Positions 14,818 through 29,370 are shown, counted from the first letter of the stretch. The stretch is DNA of 64,000 bases from Octopus vulgaris (GCA_951406725.2 OX597826.1:14446001-14510000); one strand, 5' to 3'. Notes: a model not told the origin generated them from the letters alone. Program-made: numbers and translations.

Positions 14818-15016
14818 ATTATTATTGTTATTGTTGTTGATGTTGTTTTTATTGTTGTTGTTGTTGTTGATGATGATGATGTTGTTGGTGGTGGTGGTCG
14901 TGATGATAAAGATAATGATGATAACGATGATGATGGTGATGATGATGATGATGATGATGGTGGTCGTGATGATAAGGATGATGATGATGATGATTATGAT
15001 GATGATGATGATGATG

Positions 15017-15053
<37 letters not shown>

Positions 15054-15072
15054 CGACGACGATGATGATGAT
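14818..15072. repeat. (TTG)n/(GAT)n microsatellite
   Basis: Direct reading. Confidence 0.95.
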
Positions 15073-18000
15073 AGCAATGAATCACACTTTGCACTCGATA
15101 TGTACCGAGAATCTAAGTTTTAAAAGGAGTAGGGATGTCCTCAGTGAAGGATAGGAGAAGTGATAATTTACGTATATAAAGCGCAATAGCAGAAGAGAAT
15201 CGACCGACTTGCCACAACACATGCCACTCCACTGAATTGCTATGTCTATACCCGTAGATTTCCGTGAATATCTTTGGTGTCGGATCAAGCTCGACATTTT
15301 GTGCATGTCTTGGAAGACTACATTTTATGATTTCATAAACCCCTTAGGTGGTTTCACGAGGAATTTATTAGGCTTTCAAAATGATCGAACCTTTTTTCTC
15401 CGCCAATAACCAGGTTTTTAAGCTCTTCAGTTTTTTATTAATTTTTTTTTTTTGCCTTGGGAAGAACTGTTAAGTTCAGTATGACGTGTGGAGAGGTAGG
15501 CGCTTTATATGTGAATTACTTTACATTTATATTACTTTGTGCTAGGGTGATTTTCTTTTGAAATTCTAAATCCTTTAGCGCTGTCTCCGACATTTTACCT
15601 ACTTGCTTTCTGTCTCCTTTACATTATCAGAAAACGATACGATAACGTAGTAAGTTATAAGAGGAAGAGTTGATGACAGGGCTTCCTAATCGGCTCTTGG
15701 AACTAAGTATAAAGTATACAACTTCCAATTTTAGAATCCACGCATATAGTTTCCACAGCTTGCCGCTGCTTTATTTTTTCTTATAAATTGCCCAACTCTT
15801 TTGGTTGAAAAATCTTATATGATTTTTACTGGCATGTGGATATTCATATCTCTGCGATTTATTTTCTGAGTCATCAGTCCTAAAACTTCCACATGTTACT
15901 AAAGGGCACAAATAAGCAATCATTTTGTGGACTTCTGGGATCATGAAGATACGTTTATATGCATCTCATGTGACAACATATCACCAATATTCACATCAGT
16001 AGTGATCTCAACTCGTCTCCGATGTCTTTTACTTCATTCAACGGACAGGTATGTGACACACTACTCGGAGTTGTCGTTTTCTCAACTCCTCGGTTTATAA
16101 ACAAGCATTTTGTCATAAACACTCGTTCGAAATATGGAAAAGATCTTATTTCACACAACATCTACAGTTCTCTGCAGTTGCTAATTCGGATAATGTGAAA
16201 AGTCACACGGTTTTTCGAGATGCCGTGACAATATTTTTATCGTATGTAGTGTTTCTTCTTTTTGGTACTCTGTAAAAAACTGTGTTGTTGATGTACTTAA
16301 TCACACACCTCTACCAGGAAGGTTTTTACCACCCTAATACCTTATATCTAATACCTGTGTGTTTCAGTTCGCTCCAGCAAAAGCAGGACTGTTAAAATGC
16401 TTTCCTGTTTCTGAATTAGAACCTTCCTATTTTCTGCTGTTCCTTCCTTAATTATGTTTCTGTTTGACAGCAGCTATGTAAGCATTGCTATTATTGTTGA
16501 TTTTAGGATATCAGTTTTTTTCTGTTTATCTTTTCACTGGGAAACTAAATGATCGTTTTATGTCAAAAGGGCGTATTCAGTACTATTCCCTTTCTTGCTT
16601 TTTTTATTGTTCTTCTGCTAGAAGTCATATTGGAAATTATTTTAAATGCAATAAAATTCCAGCGAGAAATATAATAGTGTTTTAAACAGACCCTCTGTCT
16701 ACATAAAGGATTTGGATAGACCTACCGACGTTCTATAGTCTCCTGATTCTCAAAATAATCCAAACTTATAATTTTCATCCACTAAAGAACGATAACAACC
16801 CATCTCCTCAGAGCCGTCCTTGAGAGCTCTCTGTGTGTGTCAAAATAAAAATACTAATTGCTCAATTTAAATGTCTCCAAATCCAGTTAATTAAATATAA
16901 CCACATTATGCAAAATGGGTTACCTGGCTTATCGTTGAGTACTATAAATATTTATACAATGGAGGGATGGGGCAAATATAGAATACACGGTGACAAAGGA
17001 AAATTTGTAAATACACACACATTTGAGCGAACGCGCGCGCACACACACATAGACACCGTCGCCAACTAGGGACAACGATTCCTTAAATTTTTAAGCAAAG
17101 TTGCAGATAAAGGAAGTTTATACGGTTGCTTTTTACGAAGAATTAGAAGACAGACACATTGCTGTTGTACCGAGTAGCGAGTCCTCAAATGGAATTCGCT
17201 GCCATACATGGAATATTTGCACTTTGTATCTTCTAAGAGCTCTTTTGTCACTCTGGACGCATCTCGAGCTAAGGGCAATTCCACACTTGGAGATTTCATC
17301 CGAAACTTGAAATACAAGGACGCAATTTGTAGCGTTTCTTCCTTAATTATGTTTCTGTTTGTAGCGTTTCGAGTGGCATGCAAGCTTTCAATGCTCCTAG
17401 TTGTCGTGATTAACTGAGAATTTAGTCAACAGACAGTCAATGGGAATTTAAACTAATCACTGATCTGACTATAAATATATGTCGTGATATATTGTAAGAA
17501 TCTGCAATCATTAAACAGAAAATCACTCAATCCATTGAGGCCTATCGCAAAGTAGTGATAGTCGAATCTTATCAAAAGCTGTCAATAGGTCTTGTCCTCA
17601 CTGAAACTGGCCTATGACCCACTAGATCTGCAGCATATTTCATAAGGCGCCTTTTATTTTCTTTTAACCCTTCTTTAATTCTGTGAATTATTTGTAGTGT
17701 AATCCATCCCCAAATGTGAAGAGTGGAGCGAATTCATCAAATTCTGAGTAAAAAATTAGCTGATTTAGTTACTGTAGCTTTCCCGCGTCAGAAATGACAG
17801 ATTATTGTTCATGTAACGAGGAAACAAAATTATAATCTATAGCCGACCTGCTGAAACTGTAAAATCCTTGTTTCTCCATGTAAGCACTTGCAGGTTATGC
17901 TCAAGATAACCCGATTCGGCCAGCCAATGTCTCTAGAGTTACATTAATGAAATGCAGTTGGTATTTCTGAGGAATACTGAGCCAGTCTGCGTGAGTTATA

Positions 18001-18203
18001 TATCTCCTACCTTCTCGGTTACTCTCAAACAATATCAGTATGCGTTCTAAATGTAATTGCTTTATACTAGTCATCAATTGTTCATTGTGGTACAATGAAG
18101 GGTGTATCAACGTAGCGTGAGAATTCTTTCTTCCATTTCTCTCTGTCTATACCAATCTACTATCCAATCTGTTTTACTCTCCTCATCGTCAGACGATAAT
18201 ACC

Positions 18204-18437
18204 TATTTCTTTACCACCCCCAAGGGGCTAAACACAAAGAGGACAAACAAGGACAGACAAACGGATTAAGTCGATTATATTGACACCAGTGCGTAACTGG
18301 TACTTATTTAATCGACCCCGAAAGGATGAAAGGCAAAGTCGACCTCGGTGGTATTTGAACTCAGAATGTAGCGGCAGACGAAATACTGCTAAGCATTTCG
18401 CCCGGCGTGCTAACGTTTCTGCCAGTTCGCCGCCTTA
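18204..18437 (-). mobile_element. SINE of the GGCGGCGAGCTGGCAGAA family with 16-bp TSD
   Basis: TSD GTCAGACGATAATACC at 18188-18203 and 18438-18453. Core GACTTTGCCTTTCATCCTTTCGGGGTCGAT on the minus strand. Confidence 0.9.
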
Positions 18438-20248
18438 GTCAGACGATAATACCGTGGCTTTCCAGATCACTTGCTTTCTACACGACTTACCTAATGAGCT
18501 TTCCTTTATTATTGCTTCCGGATTTATATTAATTCGTACAATAAATATGTATATAGAGGTGCTGCAATAATATTTGGGAATAAACGAAAGAGAGCGAGGC
18601 GTGGTAAATATGTAACTCCATATTTTGTAAGTTACACAAATATCACCAAAATGTCGACATATGAACGTAGAAATAATTAAGACGTGATCAAAAGAAAACA
18701 ATTTTTGTTAGTAGAAAAAAGCTCCTGACACCTCGAATATTCTTCGCTATCATAATCTGAGCTTCGGTCAGGAACTTTAAATCTCTCTTCCTAAAATTAC
18801 TCGTGTGTAAGTCTTCGGGTAAAGCAGGCAGAAATGATCCTCGTCTAGGTTACAATGTAAATACTTTTCTTTGTAGCCAGCAAATTCCCGAAAAGCAAAC
18901 TGTCTTTTTTTTCTATACCCTATGTAAGTAGAGTCTGTAAATTAGTCCTAAATCTGTTCCTAAAGTCTCGTATACTTCATTTAAACGTACATGAGATATA
19001 GTATTTCTCTTATCCTTGCTGTAATTACTGCTGCATCATTCACCGCTTCTCGAATTTTGCCTGGTAGCGAGTCCTCAAATGGTATTCACTTCCACTCACG
19101 TAATTCTTACACTTTCTACCTTCTACAACCTGTCCAGGGGATATTCCTTCCGTACGCTTGATGGGGTACAATGTAAGCATAATAAAAATGATATTTCTTA
19201 AATTGACGCAAGACTGCAGGTTTGGTGGAAGATGATCAGTCGTTCAAATCGAATGTATTTTAAAGTTCCAGATATATAAAATCTAGCGATTTTGCGAGTC
19301 CTGATTTACTATTATGATAACGACAATGGAAATAGTTCAGAATCTCGTAATAATTATTGTCGCAATGATTATCATTTTAAGTGAAGCGATGCATGTGCTT
19401 AAACTTTATTTGGACTCTTTTTCAATATTTTCGACTTGTCGAAAAGGTATCTCTCTTCTACCCTTTTCAGACCAACGTTGACAAAATAACTGAGCTTGCC
19501 CTACATTTGAACATATTCTCTTCTTAGTATTCAAAGATAATAACAGATAGAAACGAGGTAGAAAACTGATATGCACCACTATATTCTATTCGCTATATTA
19601 TCAAATTATTCACAGAAGTAGTTAAAGGTTCCAAAGTGATATCCCTAAAGTTTATGTTTTAGCAACATTTGAATATAAGATGATATTATAAATTAGTGGT
19701 GGAGGGTTTCTCTGTAGTTGTCTGTCTCTTTACTGTTACTATTGCCGGTGGCGTAGATGGTATTATCACTAAATAGGGGACATGGCTTTTGTCAGATTCT
19801 TATACACTGAACTTCTTTGACAACCAACAGAATATGTGTAATCTAAATATCCGACTGAAAAATTTACAAGCTTTTCTCGTTGCTCATACGGTCTCTACAT
19901 CTAGCTTTCTTCTTAGCTTGATATTCTTCCAAACACACACAAACATGCACACACATATTGTTTGTATATGTAAGTATATATATGCATATGTGGGTATGTC
20001 TGCATGTATGAGTGAATATGTATATACTTATACATTTGCATATAATGTGTGTCTGTGTGTGAGACTTTGCATATAAGTATGAATGCCTACAGGTCTGCAT
20101 GTTCTTACGAAGTCATTGGAGCCCAGGAGAAATCTCAGATAAAAGAGAAAACTGTAACAGAAGTAAAAGTAACGTCTACTATTCTTTCAGTCAGACTAAC
20201 TCTTACTCCATATCACTCACTGTCTCTCTCTCGACTTCCTTCTGCTTT

Positions 20249-20285
<37 letters not shown>

Positions 20286-20379
20286 TCATAAATGAGGGTG
20301 AAAAATTAGATATTAATTTAATAATACTATCAGTTTAACACCAAGTGGCTTAGCACATAAAAAAACAGGGAGACAATGC

Positions 20380-20606
20380 AAATTTATACTTAAATATAAG
20401 AGAGTTACCGCTAAGTGGTTAACTCTAGTGCTAAAAATAGCTCCTTTTTCTGGTATAGCCACCAAAAGTTGTATTTCACTTTCCTTACGTTGAATGTAAT
20501 GTTATTTCTTATTGGAAACAACTTTTGGTGGCTATACCAGAAAAAGAAGCTATTTTTAGCACTAGAGTTAACCACTTAGCGGTAACTCCCTTATATTTAA
20601 GTATAA

Positions 20607-20610
<4 letters not shown>
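20380..20610. repeat. Near-perfect inverted repeat: 93-bp arms, 45-bp loop
   Basis: 20380-20472 is the reverse complement of 20518-20610 with 2 mismatches; embedded between (TA)n tracts. Confidence 0.95.
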
Positions 20611-20662
<52 letters not shown>

Positions 20663-21383
20663 TACACACATATACATTATATATATAAATATATTTGTAT
20701 ATGTTTTCATATATGTTTGTATATATTGTATATATATTTTATTTATGCGTGGGTAATTTCCATTTATTCTTGTAATATATTTATCAGCCGATGTGTGTCC
20801 AGCCTACACCCGTCTGAAAATAAATGTCAGAAATTAAATATGGAAAAGTTTGGTAATATAATTTTGAATACCCTGGGAGTACCGCAGAAGAAAAATGTTA
20901 GCTTAAGATATACGGCATATTTGCTCTTGGGTCAATTTACTGGTGAACAACAATTTATTTTATCAATATAGGTTATAACCAATTTCAAACTATGAATAAT
21001 GTAATGTATTTGTTGCTTTCTACCACAAAGTATATGGACAGAGAAAGCTAATATATTTCCAAGAATGGATATTTTTTTGCCAGTGGAGATGTTTCATAAT
21101 CTGTTGTCTGTAAATCGCCTGTGGATCACTGATATTTCTAAAACAAATATTCATTTGCTCAAAGTAAATTGCGTTATAAATCTTCGATTCAAACGAGCTC
21201 AGTCATTCCTAGTGTCCAGTAAAGTTGTTCTATGGCGAAGTAGTTTATCGCATTACCTAAGATTATTTTACCAGTATTATATTGAAAATATTATTTGCCT
21301 ATAATAGATTATAAAATCTTACCTGGGCCATCGGACATGTCGGTACATATTTTAAATGGATTCGATCATATCTCTATAGTGTT

Positions 21384-21397
21384 TATTATTATTATTA

Positions 21398-21474
<77 letters not shown>

Positions 21475-21619
21475 TTATGTTGACTTTTGCTTTACATTTG
21501 TACAAGCTCACTCCAAGTCTCACCCAGAGACCTCAAGAGACAACAAGTTAGAAGTTCATGTTTGTGTAATATTATTATTATTATAATTATAATAATTATT
21601 ATCATTATTATTATTATTA

Positions 21620-21692
<73 letters not shown>
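21384..21692. repeat. (TAT)n tracts flanking the LINE stub
   Basis: Direct reading. Confidence 0.97.
21476..21568 (-). mobile_element. ~90 bp 3' stub of the same R4/Dong-like family inside (TAA)n
   Basis: TATGTTGACTTTTGCTTTACATTTGTAC...CACCCAGAGACCT...GAGACAACAAGTTAGAAGTTCATGTT matches 44592-44677. Long (TAT)n on both sides. Confidence 0.85.
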
Positions 21693-21696
<4 letters not shown>

Positions 21697-22678
21697 TTTT
21701 TTAATATCCGTCGATATTACCACAAGATGTAACGTTGCTTTGTACTCTATAACCAATTGTCACAGTGTTTATCAAATGGTTGAGAAAAATCTTTCTAGTG
21801 AGATGATACGGCGGGTTACTACTTCTAAGCACATTCTTGCATTTTACAGGAAATATGTCGTTATTGCGTGAATGTTTCTGGCTACAGTGAGTGTCAGCAC
21901 TTCGTTACCGTATTCCTTTTACAAATAGTCGAAATTATGTGTAGAGTTTGTCATTCCATAACCGATCGTTAATATGAAATGCTATCTCAATGCATTTCAT
22001 ATTAAATGCATTGAAAATATTTTTGAAAAAACGTAAAGTGACTTATAGTAAAATTCGGATTAGGTAATATTAGTAACAGCTCATTGCTTATAATTATCGA
22101 TTCATTCACATACAATTCGTCTGATTCGTTCATACATATCTCATTCTAAGACATACCCTATGCATGATTTAGAACAAATTTGACATGAAAAATAAGTGAG
22201 AATATAATAATTGCATTACGCATAACTTAAACATTTTCGTCATAATCTTAAGCACAAATTTTTGACCAATAAACATGACTTATTATTATTTCTACTCAGA
22301 ACTGGTATGTAAATGCTTCGTTGATCATTAAAAAAACAATATTAGAAGTGAGGTCCCCGAAGAGAAAATATAGACACTAATCAGAAGAAATATTTCATGT
22401 TAATAGATAAGGGAAACAGTAAACAAAGAATGATCGATATAGAATATACGTTAATTATTAGATCATCCTGGACTTAGCCATCTGTAAATATTTGACGAGG
22501 GAATTTCAGAACGGTAATTCTATTGGCTGAAGACTAATTGCGAATCCAATCCAGTCAGATTTTATACCACTGGTTCAACGCAATTAAAACTAATCGTTTG
22601 AAGGAATAAATCTCGCATTGATGAAGCTTTTGGCATTAAACTCATACTACTCATTATTGTTGTTGTTTTTGTTGTAGT

Positions 22679-22940
22679 GTGGAGGCGCGTGGCTTAGTGG
22701 TTAGGGTGTCAGCATCATGATCGTAAGATTGTGGTTTCGATTCCTGGACCGGGCGGTCGACGCGTTGTGTTCTTGAGCAAAACACTTCATTACACGTTGC
22801 TCCAGTCCATTCAGCTGGTAAAAATGAGTAACGCTGCGATGGACTGGCGTCCCGTCCAGCTGGGAAACACATACGCCATTGAAACTGGGAAACCGGGCCC
22901 ATGAGCCTGGCTAGGCTTTAAAAGGGCGCATTTATTTATT
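22679..22940 (+). mobile_element. tRNA-derived SINE with a CORE/Meta-like central domain
   Basis: A box TGGCTTAGTGG, B box GGTTTCGATTCC, core GTGTTCTTGAGCAAAACACTT...GCTCCAGTCCATTCAGCTG, (TTTA)n tail. Confidence 0.85.
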
Positions 22941-23001
22941 TTTGTTGTAGTAGTTGCTGTTGTTGTTGATAATGATGATGAGGAGAAGGAGGAGGTGGAT
23001 A

Positions 23002-23039
<38 letters not shown>

Positions 23040-24265
23040 ATTCTTAGAAGAATTTTCTTTCTGGAAAAAAAAATCTGCGAGTCATAGTTTGAGAGTATAT
23101 AATTCTAAGGAAAGGAACCGTAAAAAAAAATTTGGCAACAAATATGTACATTCAGGAAGTACATTTTGAAGTCATATTCTTCCGGAGTTAGGTTACTCGA
23201 AAATTGATGAAGCTTGTCACTGTTTTACTAGAATACTCGTCGTTTTATCCCCAGATCTGCTATTGGCATCCTTTTTATCATCGAGATACGCCTATGACGA
23301 AATACGTCAATCCCTCGGCAGTCGATCGACCAAAATTTATACAGATATGTATTACTGTATGTTGTTGAATGAGACAATATTTTGTTTGAAAAATAGAAAA
23401 TTATTCCTGTGGAGACAGTGTCTTTGGTTGAATAATTCCAATATATCTTTGTATTACTGGTATTTATTTCATCGACCAAAGCACGTTGAACAACATAATC
23501 CGGTGCCATAAGAGGCTGAGAGTTAAATTAGATAAACGACTTAATTGGCCATTCTACTGTCTGCAAACACACCTCCATAACTACATAATATTAATCTGAA
23601 ATATACCTGTGAGGATGCTAACAATAAACCCGGAATATTTCCCCGAAGAAAACAACAAAACTCCCAAAATTAGATTTGATTCAAATGCTATCTTGAGATT
23701 TCTTTAATGGGCATTTCGCATACAACGTATCTAATATCTAGTAATTCATGTATAAATTCAATATGCTACGGATTTGATAAAAGGATAATCGATATATTAA
23801 AACAATACTCAATGATGAATTGCAATGTATATTACAATGCCGCTTAAAATTTCAATTAAATGTAGTATTAATATTCACTGATAATAATATTGGAATCAAT
23901 TTTACATTTCAATACATATTTTGGCACACATATATATACATATGCAACGGGTGTGTGCGTCTGTATGCGTGTGTGATAGTGGAACACATCACCTTGAAAT
24001 AGTCTTGGGTACCATAGCAGAAAGTCTTCAATCAGCAGTTAAGAATTAGAAGATTTTCTGGTTGAGAATGCTCTTTATGTGGTGGTGCAACACGAGTAAA
24101 CAAGGGAAAAGGATGAAACAGCAGAGAAAAACCCCTACAAAATGAACATATAAAATGGCGACACAAATCATGTGAAATCGAAATTGCCGAATACTTCGTC
24201 ATCCACCCTCTTTAACGATACAACATTATATAAGCATGAATATATGCATATGTATGTGTGTGCGC

Positions 24266-24266
<1 letters not shown>

Positions 24267-24343
<77 letters not shown>

Positions 24344-24381
24344 GTCTATCTGTCTGTCTATATCTATCTATTTATCTATCT

Positions 24382-24449
<68 letters not shown>

Positions 24450-24558
24450 GTAAATGTAATATGTGACAATTATTCGGTAGCCAAGGTCTCTTTTTTTCTT
24501 TTGTTATCTTACCGTTTTTATCAATATATATGTATATGTATGTATATGTATATGTATG

Positions 24559-24634
<76 letters not shown>
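24267..24634. repeat. (TATC)n(TC)n(TA)n compound microsatellite
   Basis: Direct reading. Confidence 0.95.
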
Positions 24635-24638
<4 letters not shown>

Positions 24639-26612
24639 CAAGTTTTTCTCTAAAATACTTGATACAATCTCAGTCATGGAAGGAACATCTCCTTAGAAGT
24701 TATTAACTATTTAAAATCATCTTAGAAAAGACGTGAACAGCGAAAGCTTTTGCAAACACAATGCAAAAGAATTCGTTCCAAGTGTTTATTTTGTTTTATT
24801 AAGTAATTTTTAAAATAGTTAATAACAATTAAAAACATCTTGTGTGCATGTGTGTGTGTATGTGTGTGTGTGTGAGGATTGTTTCATCTCGTAAGATAAT
24901 AACCGTCACGAATAATAGAGGGACATCTGTACGGTATAGTATTGCAGTGATAAAATAATACAACTCTTTTTCCATTTTCTCGTTCTCCATGCTAGGTGAC
25001 AAACATTGCAAGATGTCCTCGAATTATTTTTCTTGCAAAAGTTATGTCAGAGTGTCTTTCTCTTAGAAGAAGCCTCTTCCGAAATGCCTTTTCAAACGTA
25101 ACCGTGGCCTCCTTCACCCGTGACAAATCTATTTAACCTACAGGTGGAAATCTGACAGAAACTACCGTTCCACGTCAGAAGAAAACTGATGGAGTGACTC
25201 CAAGGTTCCACATCTCCGAACAAGATTATCACAACCGAATCCGGTTTAATGTCATGCCCAGGACATACACGCTTACATAACTACCTATCTGTATGTGTGT
25301 GTACATAAATGCTTTGGTATATGATTTTTTAAAATTCTTTGACGCTTTAGCCATTACCTAATAAGTCATGTTAGAGAAAGTTCATGAGAGTGTTATTACT
25401 TTATTTATTTTTTTTTGTATGTTTCTGAAATATGTGTTACTAATTTACTAACAGTTTGTTTTCTCTTCTGTTGGGCACCGGTCTATGGGGGTATATAATT
25501 TGCTGTGTGTGAGAATACATACTTATAAGTTCAAGGAACATCACATCTGAAGACTAAGTGAAAACATTAATGGAAATGCAGAGTAAATACGAATAGTAAA
25601 GCATGGGATTAATATTCCAATTAATCTTTACTCGCATGCTCGCTCTATTTTTGATAAAGATCAATTTATTCCTAACTAAATACAGACCCTGGAAAACAAT
25701 CAGAAGATTCACTTCAAAACGAATATTGATTTTATCATTATGTTTATTTTGTGTTAGTGTGTGAATATGCAGATGTTTAAAGGGTGTATATGCTTGTGTG
25801 TATTTTTGCGATTAAGAAAATTATATGACTGAATTTGGTATATGAAAAACTGCTTTCAAAATTTGTTGATAGAAAGTACTACCGACTTGATGAGAGTAAT
25901 ATGAATTTGGTAGCACTATAGTATTCCTTGAATATAATGCGAGGTTTTATGTACAACACAGTCTGCATTTCTTTGCATTTATGTGTGTATGTGCACATGT
26001 GAGTAACTCAGCCACTGATCTATATTCATTCAGACTTTTGAATTTTTGTTCGTGGTTCGTGTAAAAAAGAAGTCTTCTGAAGTGATTTTTTTTTTAGTAA
26101 ATGTAGAGAAACTTTAAACTATTCAGTAAAACCTGGATATTAGATAACATGCTGTTCAGATTTCATTTTATGGAAAACAGCCATAGCTGGCGGAGGAAAA
26201 TAGTTTCAGAAAAAAATCTCCACAAACAGAAAGTGTGTAGCAAAAACAAAAGGAGGAATTACTATTATCTGGTCTTGACCGTTTACAAAATATTTCCAGC
26301 AATGCGTGAAATTAAGATTAAAACAATAAAATTACTTTATGAATCTGACATAGTTACTCTTTGCTCTCGTAACAAGCTGACAATCACATAAAACATTTGC
26401 AGAAACATTCCAGAAGTTAAATCTTAAACTTTCGGTATCTGATTATTATAAGATACTTTTCTTTACGACATAGGAAAGTATTCAGCTTCAATATTTTATT
26501 CGACTGATATAATACATTTTTCTTTAATAAAGACGTCTACATAAAGATGTGTAAAGCACATGCACATATATGTGTGTATGTGTTTCCGTATTTGAGTATT
26601 TCTTTATATTAT

Positions 26613-27000
26613 ATTGTGGAGGCGCAATGGCCCAGTGGTTAGGGCAGCAGACTCGCGGTAATAGGATCGCGGTTTCGATTCCCAGACCGGGCGTTGTGAG
26701 TGTTTATTGAGCGAAAAACACCTAAATCTCCACGAGGCTCCGACAGGGGATGGTGGTGATCCCTGCTGTACTCTTTCACCACAACTTTTTCTCACTCTTA
26801 CTTCCTGTTTCTGTTGTACCTGTATTTCAAAGGGCCGGCCTTGTCACTCTCTGTGTCACGCTGAATATCCCCGAGAACTACGTTAAGGGTACACGTGTCT
26901 GTGGAGTGCTCAGCCACTTAAACGTTAATTTCACGAGCAGGCTGTTCCGTTGATTCGGATCAACCGGAACCCTCGTCGTCGTAACCGACGGAGTGCTTCC
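26613..27000 (+). mobile_element. Full-length tRNA-derived SINE (octopus OR1/OR2-like) with 15-bp TSD
   Basis: A box TGGCCCAGTGG and B box GGTTTCGATTCCC. TSD ATTTCTTTATATTAT at 26598-26612 and 27001-27015. Family name is from memory. Confidence 0.9.
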
Positions 27001-27589
27001 ATTTCTTTATATTATGGAGAAGATTTATGCTATGATTGTCTGTGGTTCCTATTATGCAAAAAAGAAAGAAAAGTAGAAGAACACGTGGAAGAGCATTGAA
27101 CTACACAATCAACATTATATTTCATCACAATATAAATTATCAGAAAAAAACTGCCTGTGTTTTATTTCCATAACATAATTTAGCCATTGCAACCGAAGCA
27201 ATACTAGAATAATATTTTTAGAACTGAATATGTAGATTCATTGATTCAACAATGTTGTGTAATGTTCTGTATATTCCGTATCTGAAACTAGTGATTCACC
27301 AGCGGAACGGGTGATGCTCCATTCTAAAATAACTTTACAGATAACATTTAAGGGGCGGCTGAAAGCAATGTTCCGTTGTAACTGTCAGTTGGTTAAGTTT
27401 AAGCATCTTTTATGCAATAACGTAATCGAAAGCTTTTGAGTACCTAACTTATGTTGTAGAAGCTAATTATGCGAGAGTTAGCAAAGTGAGCTTTGAGATA
27501 GGTACCTTGATCAACCTTTCGTTTAGAGAACAGTTTTGCGTATCATATCATGAACATATGGTTAGAAATACTGATTCCAAATGTTGGAT

Positions 27590-28262
27590 CAAGGCCAGAA
27601 ATTTCAGGGGAATAGTTTAGTAAATTACATCGACCCCAGCGCTCAACTGGTACTTAGTTTATCGATACAGAAAGGATACTTAAACTTACAACGTGAAGAT
27701 CGACGAAATACCAATTTCTTTACTAGCCACAAGAGGCTAAATATAGAGGGGACAAACATGGACAGACAAAGGGATTAAGTCGATTATAGCGACCCCAGTG
27801 CGTAACTGGTAGTTATTTAATCGACCCCGAAAGGATGAAAGGCAAAGTCGACGTCGGCGGAATTTGAACTCAGAATGTAGCGGCAGACGAAATACTGCTA
27901 AGCATTTCACCCGGCGTGCTAACGCTTCTGTCAGTTCGGCGCCTTAAAGCATTTAACCTGACTTGCTACTGATTCTGCCTGCTCGCCACCTTAATCATGT
28001 TATAGATATTACAATCTATGTTTTATATTTCATGATATATAATTTCATGACATTACCGAATTTTACCTCTATTTACTTCATGCGACACACAATATTCTCT
28101 TCTAATCTAATTTTGGGGAGGGGGCAGTCGATTTGATCGTCCCCTAAAGGATGAAAGGCAAAGTCGACCTCAGGGGAATTTGATCTCAAAACGTCAAGAC
28201 AGATGAAATACTGTTAATCATTTCGCCCGGCGTTTCTAACGTTTCTGTCAGCTCGCCGCCTT
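27590..28262 (-). mobile_element. Cluster of the same SINE family, with a younger copy (~27713-27946) nested in an older one
   Basis: Repeated ATCGACCCC...GGATGAAAGGCAAAGTCGAC...TTTGAACTCAGAA...CTCGCCGCC blocks. Confidence 0.85.
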
Positions 28263-28589
28263 ATAAGGCACTCTATATTACTACAATGACAATCATTTTC
28301 TTTCTTGCCTCCGTTTATTATGTGTTAAGTTCATTGATAACATTCTGATTGCGTCGTAATATAGCCCTCTATAATAATATTGATATATTGTATATAAAAC
28401 ACAAACAACCAGTATGACAAAGAGATATATAATAGCTTTATTTATAAATTGTCACACCCAAAAAATATAAACGTTTTATGCTATCTACTGACAGAAGCAC
28501 AATGAATGAGAGAGAGATGGGGGAGGGAGACAGACAGACAGACAGACAAAGTGATAGAGAAAGAGGAGTGAATTTTTAGCGCATTATAT

Positions 28590-28780
28590 GAAATGCAAAT
28601 TTTAGCAACCGGAAAAACCTTTTGCTCATGTGGATATCAGTACATTTATTCTCATCATGAATTCATTGAAATAAGAAGTGGGGATATTAAAATAAAGTAT
28701 TGACTCAGCTTGAGAATATCAACTGATATGCGCATGCGGTCAATCACATATATTTAGCCCGTCTATATATGATGTCGCTG
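28590..28780 (+). promoter_or_regulatory. Candidate FMRFamide promoter/enhancer motif cluster
   Basis: Octamer ATGCAAAT 28593-28600, AP-1 TGACTCA 28701-28707, NRF1-like TGCGCATGCG 28729-28738 and TATATAT 28764-28770, in non-repetitive DNA 1.8 kb upstream of the ATG. Motif matches only. Confidence 0.25.
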
Positions 28781-28994
28781 AGGAGATCGAAAAGGAGCGG
28801 TAAAAATTCGTGACACTTTCCATCACTTATCTGTATCAGCTACACCGGATGCATAGACACATACATATACTTACTTTGATACTTTGATAGGTTTCGGCCA
28901 TTATTGGCCCAGACCATGTCTAACTTAATAGCACCACCTGGTGAAGTCTTTCAGGTCATATATGTATATATATATATTCATTCACCCATACATG

Positions 28995-28997
<3 letters not shown>

Positions 28998-29086
<89 letters not shown>

Positions 29087-29255
29087 TATATACGTATATA
29101 TACATATTTATATATATTTATACATGTATTTATATATACATATAAATATACCCATATATACTTACCTATATATATATGTGTGTGTGAGTATATAGATATG
29201 TATATGTATATATATATGCATATTTGTATATATATATGAGATATTCATATATACA

Positions 29256-29291
<36 letters not shown>

Positions 29292-29328
29292 GAGGTATAT
29301 ACGCACATACGCTCACAAACACACACAA

Positions 29329-29370
<42 letters not shown>

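Noticed and set aside
12777-16230. Very old mariner-like traces near 12.8-13.0 kb and 15.9-16.2 kb
   Set aside because: Too degraded to support a call by eye.
21987-22014. 11-bp-arm palindrome TCAATGCATTT/AAATGCATTGA
   Set aside because: Short and AT-rich; compatible with chance.
26618-26690. tRNA gene (also 22679, 50845, 52799)
   Set aside because: The A and B boxes continue into SINE bodies, with a TSD at 26613; these are SINE heads.
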